A DNA stretch of 64,000 nt from Candidatus Arcticimaribacter sp. (GCA_965659515.1 CBFHVC010000004.1:28176-92175); one strand, 5' to 3'; numbered from the stretch's first letter, positions 40,058-50,092 are shown. Notes: generated by a model from the sequence alone, not told the origin. Numbers and translations: made by a program.

Positions 40058-40498
40058 TTAAGATTCTTTTTTCGTGCCGTAAAAGTATAAAGAATGGTGA
40101 TGAATATCAACATTAAATACTTCTTCGATTGTTTTTTTTATGGATTGAATGCGCGGATCACAAAACTCTTTTACTTCTCCAGTGTCTGTCAAAATGATAT
40201 GATCGTGTTGTTTGTCAAAAAACGACTTTTCATATTGCGCCTGAGCACCAAATTGATGTTTCCTAATTAGACCAGATTCGATTAAAAGATCAACCGTATT
40301 GTATAGTGTTGCTCTACTTACACGATAGTTTTTATTTTTCATCATGATGTACAATGACTCAATGTCAAAGTGCTCTTGATGTTCGTATATTTCGTGTAAG
40401 ATGGCAAAACGCTCTGGCGTTTTGCGGTGCTTGTGTTGATCGAGAAAATTGATGAACACATTTTTAACGATTTCTTGCTGATCTTTTGATTCTGCCAT
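40058..40498 (-). CDS. fur: Fur family transcriptional regulator
   Basis: 146 aa with a winged-helix N-terminal half ([15 protein letters not shown]...[13 protein letters not shown]) and a C-terminal dimerisation/metal region ([15 protein letters not shown]...HHHS). Metal specificity is unknown. Confidence 0.8.
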   Translation of the reverse strand: MAESKDQQEIVKNVFINFLDQHKHRKTPERFAILHEIYEHQEHFDIESLYIMMKNKNYRVSRATLYNTVDLLIESGLIRKHQFGAQAQYEKSFFDKQHDHIILTDTGEVKEFCDPRIQSIKKTIEEVFNVDIHHHSLYFYGTKKES

Positions 40499-40536
40499 AT
40501 CACATTAAATCTGGCATAAAGGTACTGTTTCTTTTA

Positions 40537-42738
40537 CTAATGACGCCCTACTTTCTCAATTCCAGCAATTTTTAACAATTGCTGCTTTAGTTTTTTTAGC
40601 GTTCCTTTATTGTTGACCCGCATGGTGATGATTCCTTTAAACAATTCTTCATCGGTGTAAAAGTTGATTTTCTTGATGTCGATGTTCATGTTATTTGAAA
40701 TAACACGGGTAACTTGATTAACCAATCCCTTTTGATCAATCCCTGTTAAAACAAGCTCTGCCGTAAATTCTTGTTCACTTGAATCGACCCACCAGGCCGG
40801 CACAATGCGGTAGGCAAAGTTAGATTGAAGTGCCACTGCATTTGAGCAATTATGTTGGTGTACTTTAATACCTTCATTGATGGTTACAAAACCAAAAACT
40901 TTATCTCCAGCAATCGGATTACAACAAGGAGACAGTTTATAAGGGAGTTCCTGTTTTTCTTTGCCAAATACAAGTTTATCGTACTTTGAAATAAACTCTT
41001 CACTCTCTGTGATTTTTGGTCGATTGCTGCCAGCTAATCGTTTTTTGAAGAAGTTTAAGAAGGTATTGTTATAGGTTGTGGCAAACTCTTTTAGTTTTCG
41101 GTTGTCTATTGTTCCTAAGCCAATGCGATAAAAAAGGTCTAAGCTGGAATTTACTTTAAAATAAAGGATCAATTGACGAATAGCTCTATCGTTCATATTG
41201 ATGCGCATGTGTCTCAGCTTTCTTCTTAAGATTTCTTTTCCTTCTTCAGCGATTTTTTTCTTCTCTTCATTTAAAGCAGCTTTAATTCGATTTCTCGCTC
41301 TTGCAGTGATAACATAATCGATCCAGTTGGCAGTAGGTTTGGCATTTTCTGAGGTGATTATTTCTATCGAATCTCCACTGTTTAGAATTCTAGACAAAGG
41401 AACCAATTTACCATTTACTCTTGCTCCACGTGTTTTTGATCCAATTTCTGTGTGAATTGCATAAGCAAAATCTAAAGCAGAAGATCCTTGGGGTAAAGAT
41501 TTGAGATCTCCTTGTGGGGTGAAAACAAAAATCTCATCTGCATAGAGGTTGAGTTTGAAATTTTCAACAAAATCCACAGCATTGGCGTCTTTTGCTTCGA
41601 GCACTTCTTGTAGGCGATTTAACCAAGCGTCAATACCAGTGTCGCTTTCTTCTCCTTGTTTGTAGCGATAGTGTGCTGCATAGCCTTTTTCGGCAATTTC
41701 ATGCATGCGTTCTGATCGAATCTGAACTTCTACCCATTTATTGTTTGGTCCCATTACTGTTATGTGAAGGGATTCATAGCCGTTTGATTTCGACGACGAA
41801 ATCCAATCTCTCAGTCGGGTAGGATTGGGCGTGAAATAATCTGTAATAATCGAATAGATTTTCCAGGCCAAAAACTTCTCGTCTTTGGGTTTCGATTTAT
41901 AGATAATTCGAATGGCAAATTTATCAAACACCTGCTCATAGCTGATGTTTTGTTTTTGCATTTTTTTGTGGATGGAGAAGATCGATTTACTTCTTCCCTG
42001 AATAAAATAGTCTAGCTTTTCCTGGTCAATGGATTCCTTAACCAGATTGGTAAACGATTTAATATATTGCTTTTGTTCTTCTTGACTTTCCTCAATTTTA
42101 TTTTTTATGGCATTAAAACGATCTGATTCTGTGTATTTTAAACTGAGGTCTTCCAGTTCTGTTTTAATGTTGTACATCCCAATTCGGTGGGCAATGGGCG
42201 CATAGATATAGAGGGTTTCAGACGCAATTTTTACCTGCTTGTATTCCGGCATAGCATCCATGGTTTGCATATTGTGCAAGCGATCGGCTATTTTGATGAT
42301 AATCACCCGAATATCGTCATTGAGGGTCAACAACATTTTTCTGAAATTTTCAGCCTGAAGCGAAATATCAGTATCCTTTTTTAGATGGGATATTTTGGTG
42401 AGCCCATGGACAATTTTGGCTACTGTATTGCCAAAAAGACGTTCAATGTCGTTAAGGGTGTATGCCGTGTCTTCAACAGTATCGTGCAAAAGCGCTGCTG
42501 CGATAGAAGTAGCGTCAAGACCAATTTCAGAGGCGACGATCTTTGCGACTGCAATCGGATGAAAAATATAGGCTTCTCCTGACTTTCTTCTTTGATTTTT
42601 ATGGGCATCAACAGCTGTATTGAAGGCTAAACGAATCAGTTTTTTATCCTCCTTGGTGAGTTGTAAATAACTAATTCTCAACAGCTCTTTATACTGTTTT
42701 GCAATTTCTTTATTTTCTATTTCTTCATCGACAAGCAT
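40537..42738 (-). CDS. relA: Bifunctional RelA/SpoT-family (p)ppGpp synthetase/hydrolase
   Basis: 733 aa with the HD hydrolase motif LLHDTVEDT, the synthetase region YESLHITV...VEVQIRS, then TGS and C-terminal ACT-like domains. Confidence 0.95.
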   Translation of the reverse strand: MLVDEEIENKEIAKQYKELLRISYLQLTKEDKKLIRLAFNTAVDAHKNQRRKSGEAYIFHPIAVAKIVASEIGLDATSIAAALLHDTVEDTAYTLNDIERLFGNTVAKIVHGLTKISHLKKDTDISLQAENFRKMLLTLNDDIRVIIIKIADRLHNMQTMDAMPEYKQVKIASETLYIYAPIAHRIGMYNIKTELEDLSLKYTESDRFNAIKNKIEESQEEQKQYIKSFTNLVKESIDQEKLDYFIQGRSKSIFSIHKKMQKQNISYEQVFDKFAIRIIYKSKPKDEKFLAWKIYSIITDYFTPNPTRLRDWISSSKSNGYESLHITVMGPNNKWVEVQIRSERMHEIAEKGYAAHYRYKQGEESDTGIDAWLNRLQEVLEAKDANAVDFVENFKLNLYADEIFVFTPQGDLKSLPQGSSALDFAYAIHTEIGSKTRGARVNGKLVPLSRILNSGDSIEIITSENAKPTANWIDYVITARARNRIKAALNEEKKKIAEEGKEILRRKLRHMRINMNDRAIRQLILYFKVNSSLDLFYRIGLGTIDNRKLKEFATTYNNTFLNFFKKRLAGSNRPKITESEEFISKYDKLVFGKEKQELPYKLSPCCNPIAGDKVFGFVTINEGIKVHQHNCSNAVALQSNFAYRIVPAWWVDSSEQEFTAELVLTGIDQKGLVNQVTRVISNNMNIDIKKINFYTDEELFKGIITMRVNNKGTLKKLKQQLLKIAGIEKVGRH

Positions 42739-42780
42739 AGTAGGAATTTACATATTTCTTTTGAAAACTTCCTTTTTTTT

Positions 42781-43563
42781 CTAGTTTCTTTGCTTTTGAA
42801 CCTCTGCAAGGATGATGCCAGCTGCAACAGAAACGTTTAAAGAATCGTTTTGCCCCAGCATAGGAATAACAATGGCTGTTGTGTTTTTTTGTAGCCATGC
42901 AGTTGTTAATCCATTACTTTCTGTACCTACCGCTATTGCGGTTGGTTTGGTATAATCAAAGGCAGTGTAGCGTTGCGCTTCCTCCGTTAGTGCGGCACTG
43001 TAAACTGTAATTTTGTTTTGGGTAAAATAGGCAAAACTTTCTTCAAGACTTGCCATAACTATGGGAACAGAAAACAAACAGCCAACACTAGAACGCACCA
43101 CGTTAGGGTTGTACAGATCTGTTGTGCTATTTACTAAGATAAAAGCATCAACCCCCATGGCATCTGCTGTGCGTAACAAGGCCCCAATATTTCCTGGTTT
43201 TTCTGGAGCTTCCGCCACGAGAAAAAAGGGATTTTTACTGCTGAGGTCTAATTGCGCAAAATCATGCGTTTTTGCCTGTGCAATCGCAATTGCAATGGAT
43301 GTTTTGCGGTAGCAATAGCGCTCAAATACAGCTGAAGACACCGATACGAAATCGGTGTCTATAAAATCGTTTTCTGAAAAAACAAGTGTTTCACCTTCTT
43401 TAAAAAAAAGGGTTTCAAGCTGATACCCCCCTTTGATGGCGTGTTCGATTTCTTTTTGTCCTTCGATAACGAATACATTTTCTAAGCGTCTTTTTTTGGC
43501 CTTTTCTTGTAAAGTTTTAAGCCGCTTTAGCAGGCTGTTTTGTGCGCTTGAAAGGTATAGCAT
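42781..43563 (-). CDS. TrmH/SpoU-family RNA 2'-O-methyltransferase
   Basis: 260 aa with SpoU motifs EKPGNIGALLRTADAMG, VGTESNGL and SLNVSVAAGIIL. Confidence 0.8.
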   Translation of the reverse strand: MLYLSSAQNSLLKRLKTLQEKAKKRRLENVFVIEGQKEIEHAIKGGYQLETLFFKEGETLVFSENDFIDTDFVSVSSAVFERYCYRKTSIAIAIAQAKTHDFAQLDLSSKNPFFLVAEAPEKPGNIGALLRTADAMGVDAFILVNSTTDLYNPNVVRSSVGCLFSVPIVMASLEESFAYFTQNKITVYSAALTEEAQRYTAFDYTKPTAIAVGTESNGLTTAWLQKNTTAIVIPMLGQNDSLNVSVAAGIILAEVQKQRN

Positions 43564-44856
43564 TTACTGTCTTGAGAATTTTTCCGTGTATCGTTTCCAA
43601 AGGGTTGTTTGGTGGGTTTCAAGGCTTAGTGCTCTCCCTTGAATAAAGGCGTGGCTAAGTTGATTGGTCCGCATGTCTAAGGCATCTCCTTTGGCAACAA
43701 AAAGCGTAGCATCTTTCCCTACTGTAAGGCTTCCCAGTTGCTGGTCAATTCCTAAGATTTTAGCAGCATCTAGCGTGATCATTTGAACAGCCTTTTCTTT
43801 TTCTACCCCATAGGCGGCAAATGTTCCTGCATAGAAGGGAAGATTGCGGGTGTTCATTCTTTCCATTCGGCCGCTAACATCTATGGTAATGGTCAATCCT
43901 GCATCTAGTAATATTTTGGCCATTTTAAAGGGAAGTTTTACATCCTCATCTTCCGATCCAGGTAAACGGTGAGGCCTAGCGACAATTATAGGGATGTCGT
44001 GTTTCTTTAAGAAATCGGTTATTAAGTAAGCGTCATTTGCTCCCACCAAAACGATGTTGTTTAAACCGTGTTTTTTCAGCAACACAATACCGTCTAGAAT
44101 TTGTCTTTTTTCTTTGGCGTGTAAATAGACTTTTTGGGAACCTTTAAAAGTTTCTTTCAGCGCTGCATGGGGAAGGTGTTCTGTTTTAGCAGCACTGTCA
44201 TAGGTTTTAGCTTCCGCTAAGTATTGCGCTAATTCAGCCGTTCGTTTCTCATAGTTTTTTTGATCGTAAACCAAAGGGTCTTCTCCTTTTGATCGATTAC
44301 CTCTGCGGTAGGTTCTAGGCCAGTAAATGTGCATGCCTTCATCAACTTTAATGCCGGCGTCTTCCCAGTTCCATGCATCTAGTTGTACAATAGAAGAATT
44401 TCCAGCAATAAGCCCCCGTGTTGGGACAATCTGTGCGGTTAATATTCCGTTAGGGCGAAGTGATTCCACCACTTTGGATTCGGCATTATAGGCAATAATT
44501 GTTCGGATATTTGGTAGGAAAGTACCAATTTCATTCAAATCATTGGTTGGTCGAATCGCATCGATTTCAACCATTCCCACGGTGCTGTTGGCTGCAATAA
44601 AGCCAGGATAGACATGTTGTCCTGCTGCATCTACGATAGTGTCATAGGTGTTTTGTTGTGCGCCTGTTGCACCAATTTCAAGGATTTTCCCATCGGCCAT
44701 TCCAATCATGCCATTTTCAATGATGCTTCCGTCTCCAATATGAAGTGTAACTCCTTGAATAAGAACAGTTTCAGCTTGATTTGCTGCAGGGGTTTGTTGT
44801 GCCTGAGCCAGAAGGCCAAGACAAAATAAAAGTAATGTATAAAGTGATTTTTTCAT
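43564..44856 (-). CDS. Amidohydrolase-family protein, secreted, non-canonical metal motif
   Basis: 430 aa with a signal peptide. It has the amidohydrolase architecture (ADGKILEIG...AGQHVYPGFI..., C-terminal GSLTVGKDATLFV), but AANS occupies the position where HxH is expected (aa 84-94). Confidence 0.7.
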   Translation of the reverse strand: MKKSLYTLLLFCLGLLAQAQQTPAANQAETVLIQGVTLHIGDGSIIENGMIGMADGKILEIGATGAQQNTYDTIVDAAGQHVYPGFIAANSTVGMVEIDAIRPTNDLNEIGTFLPNIRTIIAYNAESKVVESLRPNGILTAQIVPTRGLIAGNSSIVQLDAWNWEDAGIKVDEGMHIYWPRTYRRGNRSKGEDPLVYDQKNYEKRTAELAQYLAEAKTYDSAAKTEHLPHAALKETFKGSQKVYLHAKEKRQILDGIVLLKKHGLNNIVLVGANDAYLITDFLKKHDIPIIVARPHRLPGSEDEDVKLPFKMAKILLDAGLTITIDVSGRMERMNTRNLPFYAGTFAAYGVEKEKAVQMITLDAAKILGIDQQLGSLTVGKDATLFVAKGDALDMRTNQLSHAFIQGRALSLETHQTTLWKRYTEKFSRQ

Positions 44857-44868
44857 TTTAGGTATGTT

Positions 44869-47850
44869 TTAGTCTAGCGTTTCACAGTGAAATTCTCTGG
44901 CCTGTTTTTTTGCTGCCTTTTTGGTGGGGGCTCCTCCATTTTTGGCTGCGGCCATTTGCTGAATTAGTTGGTTGCGCTCTTGTTGTATTTGATTGACTTG
45001 CGCTGTGGCTCTATCGAGTTCGTAGTAGAAAATGCCATCGATCATGGTCTTTTCTGCGACTGCATAAATAGACATTGGGTGATTGTTCCACAAAACTAAA
45101 TCTGCCGATTTTCCTACTTTAACACTTCCTACTTCATCGTCAATGTGTAATAATTTTGCTGGGTTAAGGGTCACAAACTTCCAGGCATCTTCTTCAGAGA
45201 CACCCCCGTATTTTACTGCTTTTGCGGCCTCTTGATTGAGGCGTCTAGACATTTCAGCATCATCTGAGTTAAAAGCTACTGTTACCCCTTGGTTGTGCAT
45301 AATGGCACCGTTATAAGGAATGGCATCGTTGACTTCAAATTTATAGGCCCACCAGTCAGAAAAGGTAGATCCACCCACACCGTGTTCTTTCATTTTATCG
45401 GCAACTTTATAGCCTTCAAGAATATGGGTGAAGGTGTTAATGGTTACCCCAAAGCGTTCTGCTACTTTCATGAGCATATTGATTTCGCTTTGTACATAGG
45501 AATGACATGATATAAAACGCTTGCCTTCTAATATTTCAACAAGAGTTTCCATCTCGATATCATAACGTGGTGCTGGGGTTTTGGCTTTGGTTTTACGGGG
45601 AAGTGCGTTATAGGTTGCCCAACGTGTTTGGTATTCTTTGGCTCTTTGGAAATAATCGACAAAGACTTGTTCTACGCCCATTCGGGTTTGTGGAAAACGA
45701 TTATAGCTGGACCAGTTGGATTGCTTTACGTTTTCACCCAGGGCGAATTTGATAAAAGGATCGGCCCCTTTATACAATAAGTTGTCTGCCGTTTCTCCCC
45801 AACGCGGTTTGATGATCGCAGATCTACCTCCAATTGGATTTGCTGACCCGTGTAAAATCTGTAAGGTTGTCACTCCTCCTGAAAGGTTGCGGTAAAGGTT
45901 AATGTCATCGGGGTTGATGACATCTTCAATGGTAACTTCTGCTGAAGAGTTGTGCCCCCCTTCATTGATGCTGGATGCACCAATATGAGAATGTTCATCA
46001 ATCACCCCACTTGTGAGGTGTTTTCCTGTTGCATCTATTGTTAGGGCAACGTCCGCTTTTAGGTTTTGCCCAATCGCTTTAATCTTACCATTCTCTACCC
46101 AAACATCAGCGTTTTTTAGAATTCCTGCTGCTTCGTTGGTCCAAACAGTAGCATTCTTAAAAAGAACATTTTGCGCTTGGGGGATTTGGCTAAAGCCAAA
46201 ACCATTGTTCGGATAGGTGACTGCAACCGGCTCAGGATAGGCTTTTTCTTTCGTTTCTTTTTCTTTTTGCTCAAGTTTGGCGTCAAAATGCGCCATCCAT
46301 TTTATGGATTTTCCATCAAAAGATGTTGCGCTTCCATCCAGGTGTTTTGGGTCTTCCACTTTTCCAGAAAGTTGCGCAAAGGCCTTTTCTTTGTTTTGTA
46401 GCTGTAAGCTTATCCAGCCATTTTTATAGGTCACTTTGGTTTTTAATGCGGTAGAATCCATTTTTACCGTTGCAGAAATTTTCGAGGCGCTGTTTTTAAT
46501 TTCAAGCGATAGTTTTTGGTCTTGCAACATCAGGCTGTATTTACCATCGATATTTATGGTTGCTTTGTTGACAATTTTGTGTTGCTTTCCTTGCACCCAA
46601 TTTTCTTCAATCTTTGTGGCAGATGCAAAGAGTGGCCCGTCGGTTACGATGAAATTCGCAAGTGCTCCTTTTTTTAATTGTCCCAACTGCTTTTCTTTAT
46701 TGAGCATTTTTGCAGGCACGGTGGTAAGGGCAGCAAGCGCTTTCGATTCGTTTAAGCCATAAGCAACAGCCTTTTTTAGATGGGTTAAAAAAGAGGTTTT
46801 ATTGGTCAATCCATGGGAAGTTAGTGCGAAGGGGATTCCAGCCTTGGCTATTCTAGCTGGATTTGCCGGCGCTTGACTCCAATAGCGCATATCACTTAAA
46901 GCGATTTTTTGCGTACTAACAGGGTCTGTAACATCATAGGCCTTGGGGAAATTTAAGGAAACCAATAATTGTGCATTAAAGGCTTTTAAAGCACTTAATT
47001 GTTCGTATTCTTTTCCACTTGCTGTAACGATAAAAGGCATTTTAAATGCTTGCCCAATCTTTGCTGCTCGCGCAACATCTAATTTATTTTTGGTTTCAAA
47101 AATAGCGGGTAAAGCAGCGTTTTTATTGTGGGCTTCTATGGCGAGATCGGTATTTTTTGCGCTTCCTTTTTTGTACCAAGCTGCATCGTGGAAAAACTGT
47201 CTCAACAATGCCATTGCACCCATTATTGAACCGGGATAATACTGATTTGAAAGACTACTTTTGGTAAACGAATAATGCTGTGCTGCATTGTCGTCTAATA
47301 ATCTTTGGGCATCATTGTCTTTATCATTTAATGCGACTAGAACACTGGTTCCTCTGTGTATTCCTTCTGGGCGGTGCGCGTTAACTACCCCAAAACCGGC
47401 TTTGCGATAGCTTGCAGCATCTTCTTTTTTATAGCGATACGCTTCAATACTATTAAAATCACTAAGGATATGATCATTCCAGTAATAGCCTTCTCGATTT
47501 GATTCATATTGTGTACTTCTCCTTCTTCTTCTTGTATTAGACGTCTTGGTTTTTAAACCAAAGCTGCTGTGTAATTCAATAAAAGACGCATAGAGGTGTT
47601 TCCCATTAAAATCATGTATTTGGGTGTTTTTGGGTAAAGCAATGTTTTCCCCAATGGCAATGATTTTTCCTGCTTTAAACAAAAGGGTTCCTTTCTCAAT
47701 TGTTTTGCTTGGAGAAGGATGCAGGCTTGCGTTAATGATGGCTTGATAATGTGATTCAGTGGTTTTAACACCGCTGTTTGTTGGGAAATAGTCTTGGCTA
47801 AATCCACAAAAACTTGCTACAATAAAGAGTAGCAGTAGTCGAAACTTCAT
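44869..47850 (-). CDS. Large amidohydrolase-family protein, secreted, two amidohydrolase-like modules
   Basis: 993 aa with a signal peptide. The N-module has a degenerate motif (ASFIELHSSFG, aa 88-98). The C-module has the canonical GVIDEHSHIG (aa 615-624) and GKSADLVLW near the end. Confidence 0.75.
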   Translation of the reverse strand: MKFRLLLLFIVASFCGFSQDYFPTNSGVKTTESHYQAIINASLHPSPSKTIEKGTLLFKAGKIIAIGENIALPKNTQIHDFNGKHLYASFIELHSSFGLKTKTSNTRRRRRSTQYESNREGYYWNDHILSDFNSIEAYRYKKEDAASYRKAGFGVVNAHRPEGIHRGTSVLVALNDKDNDAQRLLDDNAAQHYSFTKSSLSNQYYPGSIMGAMALLRQFFHDAAWYKKGSAKNTDLAIEAHNKNAALPAIFETKNKLDVARAAKIGQAFKMPFIVTASGKEYEQLSALKAFNAQLLVSLNFPKAYDVTDPVSTQKIALSDMRYWSQAPANPARIAKAGIPFALTSHGLTNKTSFLTHLKKAVAYGLNESKALAALTTVPAKMLNKEKQLGQLKKGALANFIVTDGPLFASATKIEENWVQGKQHKIVNKATINIDGKYSLMLQDQKLSLEIKNSASKISATVKMDSTALKTKVTYKNGWISLQLQNKEKAFAQLSGKVEDPKHLDGSATSFDGKSIKWMAHFDAKLEQKEKETKEKAYPEPVAVTYPNNGFGFSQIPQAQNVLFKNATVWTNEAAGILKNADVWVENGKIKAIGQNLKADVALTIDATGKHLTSGVIDEHSHIGASSINEGGHNSSAEVTIEDVINPDDINLYRNLSGGVTTLQILHGSANPIGGRSAIIKPRWGETADNLLYKGADPFIKFALGENVKQSNWSSYNRFPQTRMGVEQVFVDYFQRAKEYQTRWATYNALPRKTKAKTPAPRYDIEMETLVEILEGKRFISCHSYVQSEINMLMKVAERFGVTINTFTHILEGYKVADKMKEHGVGGSTFSDWWAYKFEVNDAIPYNGAIMHNQGVTVAFNSDDAEMSRRLNQEAAKAVKYGGVSEEDAWKFVTLNPAKLLHIDDEVGSVKVGKSADLVLWNNHPMSIYAVAEKTMIDGIFYYELDRATAQVNQIQQERNQLIQQMAAAKNGGAPTKKAAKKQAREFHCETLD

Positions 47851-47877
47851 AGCTGTAATTTTTATCCAAACTACGAA

Positions 47878-48933
47878 TTATTTCTTAATTCCTGCAAGAT
47901 TCTCCCGGTCTTTAAAGTGCATGATTAAAAGGTTTACGACTGCATTATAGGATTGAATTCCTTGGGTTTGATTATTGACTTTTAGATAACGGTCATAGGA
48001 TTCTTTAAACAGCGGTTCAAAAGGGTTTTTATGCTTGCGCCAAAAGGCAGAAGAAGCCGCAAAGTTGGCCAATATACCCGGATAAAGACGGCAAAGAATT
48101 TCCCTTGCCTTTGTAGGATTGACCTTAAAGAGTTCGCCATAAGTATAGCGGAAGCCAAAAAGCATTGCGGCATACTGTATGTCTTTGTCTGGATGTTCAA
48201 AGCAACGGATAAAACCAATATAGTTTGCTTCATTTTCAGCTGCATAGCCCTGCTGATGTGCCATCTCGTGGGCTGCAGTTAAAGGCAGATTGATTTTCGG
48301 CATCTTTCCATTGACTTGAGCCTCTAGGGTAAAAGGATTGAGATAGCCCGAAAAACCCATATAAGACAAGGGGGTACTGTAAAGGGATATTTTTGCCCTC
48401 CCCTTGATGTTATTTTGGGTTGGAGCAGATTTGACCCGCGCAATAATGGCTTTTTTATTTCCTTTGAGTTCCACCGCAAGGCTGTCGTTTTTACTTAAAT
48501 GAAGGTGCAAGCGGTTGCTTTCTTCTGCAAAAAAATAGGTGATTTTAACGAGATCATCTTCTGTATACAGCGCAGCGTTTTTTTCTTTTTTAAAAAGGGG
48601 GCTGCGATAATAATTCAATCCCCAGGAAAGTTGAAACCAAAGCAGTAACAAAAGAAAACTGGCCAGGAGTTTTAACAGCTGTCTTTTCCAATACTTCTTT
48701 CGCAATTGTTTCAGAAAATAAAGCATAGCTAGTCCAGCAAAGCCATACGCTAGATCTCCAAAAGAAAAAGGCAAAAAGTTAAAAAGTGGTTCTCTTGCTT
48801 TAAAGAGTAGGGGGTAGAGTCCATCGCCATAAAGCTGATCTACATGTTCTGGAGATTTTTTAGCCGCCCACAGCAGTCCGTAAAGCAGCAGGGCTAAAGT
48901 AACATTCCATAGAAGAAGGCTTTTCGATTTCAT
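47878..48933 (-). CDS. DUF3810-like membrane protein with HExxH (putative Zn-metallopeptidase)
   Basis: 351 aa with N-terminal TM helices and the AAHEMAHQQGY motif. The family name is from memory. Confidence 0.6.
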   Translation of the reverse strand: MKSKSLLLWNVTLALLLYGLLWAAKKSPEHVDQLYGDGLYPLLFKAREPLFNFLPFSFGDLAYGFAGLAMLYFLKQLRKKYWKRQLLKLLASFLLLLLWFQLSWGLNYYRSPLFKKEKNAALYTEDDLVKITYFFAEESNRLHLHLSKNDSLAVELKGNKKAIIARVKSAPTQNNIKGRAKISLYSTPLSYMGFSGYLNPFTLEAQVNGKMPKINLPLTAAHEMAHQQGYAAENEANYIGFIRCFEHPDKDIQYAAMLFGFRYTYGELFKVNPTKAREILCRLYPGILANFAASSAFWRKHKNPFEPLFKESYDRYLKVNNQTQGIQSYNAVVNLLIMHFKDRENLAGIKK

Positions 48934-48937
48934 GGTA

Positions 48938-48963
48938 CAAAAAACCCACCGCTAGGGTGGGTT
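48938..48963 (-). terminator. Rho-independent terminator after the cyclophilin-FKBP gene
   Basis: On the minus strand: AACCCACC-CTAGC-GGTGGGTT followed by TTTTGT (6 consecutive U counting the stem end). It lies 18 nt after the stop at 48982 and ends 5 nt before the ATG at 48933. Confidence 0.7.
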
Positions 48964-48981
48964 GTTTGAAAGTGATTTTTC

Positions 48982-50058
48982 CTATTCGATTAGTTCGACA
49001 ATCTTGACTTCAAAAACCAAGTTTGCTTTGGCCGGAATACCGCGACCGCCTTGTTCTCCATAGGCAATATCGTACGGGAGGAATAAGGTTGCTTCATCTC
49101 CTACATTAAGCAAACGAATCCCTTCTTTAAATCCTTCGATCATCGCTGCTGCTTCACTTACATCTGCAGGAAGAGGTTGGTATCCTTTGGCTATTTTTCT
49201 TTGTTCATTTACCACCCCTAAATCTTCGGCGGTTTCAAGCATAGATGTTTCCAAAAGTGTTCCATCTTCAAAATAGACCGCATAATGGGTAAGGGCTTTA
49301 TCGGTTGTACTAACGGCTGGACCGTCTCCTTTTTTGGTGATGAAATATTGCAAGCCTGATGGGGTCGAAGTTGCCTTGGCCTTGTGGGTGTCAAATTTCT
49401 CTAAGGTTTTTAATTTCCCAAGGGCTAATTTTTCTTCTTGCTCGGCTTTGCGTTGTTCCAAAGAATTGAAGTAGTCCCCAAAAATCTTTGGTGCGTCAAA
49501 GCTTTTGGCTTCGCTTCCTTTTCTAATAATGGTAACTTTTTTGATGGTGTCGTTTTGAACAATGCTGTCAACGACTTCTTGTCCCGTTACTACTGCACCA
49601 AAAACAGTGTGTTTCCCGTCTAACCAAGGGGTTGGCACGTGGGTAATAAAAAACTGACTTCCATTTGTTGCCGGACCTGCATTTGCCATAGAAAGAATAC
49701 CGGGGCCACTGTGGGTTAAATCGGTAAATTCATCGTCAAAGCGATAGCCTGGACCTCCAGAACCTGTTGCAGTTGGATCGCCTCCTTGAATCATGAAATT
49801 GGCCATAACGCGATGAAAAACAATTCCGTCATAGAATTTTTTCCCGGTGAATTCTTCACTCACAAATTCGTTTTCTCCTTCTGCTAAGGAAACAAAGTTG
49901 GCAACCGTAATTGGGGTTTTGTCATGGGCTAAAGAGACTACGATAGACCCTTTTGAGGTTTCAATATCAGCATATAAACCATTTTCAAGGTCTGGGTATT
50001 GCGATGCACAACCGATAACGATGGTAACAGCGATCAATAAGAGGCTTATTTTTTTCAT
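48982..50058 (-). CDS. Dual-family peptidylprolyl isomerase lipoprotein (N-terminal cyclophilin + C-terminal FKBP)
   Basis: Lipobox TIVIGCAS. Cyclophilin motifs are FHRVMANFMIQGGDP, SMANAGPATNGSQFFIT and WLDGKHTVFG. The FKBP half reads LQYFITKKGDG...THYAVYFEDGTLLETS...IEGFKEGIRLLNVGDEATLFLPYDIAYGEQG..IPAKANLVFEVKIVEL. Confidence 0.85.
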   Translation of the reverse strand: MKKISLLLIAVTIVIGCASQYPDLENGLYADIETSKGSIVVSLAHDKTPITVANFVSLAEGENEFVSEEFTGKKFYDGIVFHRVMANFMIQGGDPTATGSGGPGYRFDDEFTDLTHSGPGILSMANAGPATNGSQFFITHVPTPWLDGKHTVFGAVVTGQEVVDSIVQNDTIKKVTIIRKGSEAKSFDAPKIFGDYFNSLEQRKAEQEEKLALGKLKTLEKFDTHKAKATSTPSGLQYFITKKGDGPAVSTTDKALTHYAVYFEDGTLLETSMLETAEDLGVVNEQRKIAKGYQPLPADVSEAAAMIEGFKEGIRLLNVGDEATLFLPYDIAYGEQGGRGIPAKANLVFEVKIVELIE

Positions 50059-50079
50059 TTAATGAATTTTAGTTGTTTT

Positions 50080-50087
50080 CAAATTTA
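50080..50087 (-). promoter_or_regulatory. -7 box (TAAATTTG) upstream of the cyclophilin-FKBP gene
   Basis: Exact TAnnTTTG on the minus strand, 21 nt before the ATG at 50058, in the 34-bp gap after the gldI stop. Confidence 0.45.
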
Positions 50088-50092
50088 CTTTA

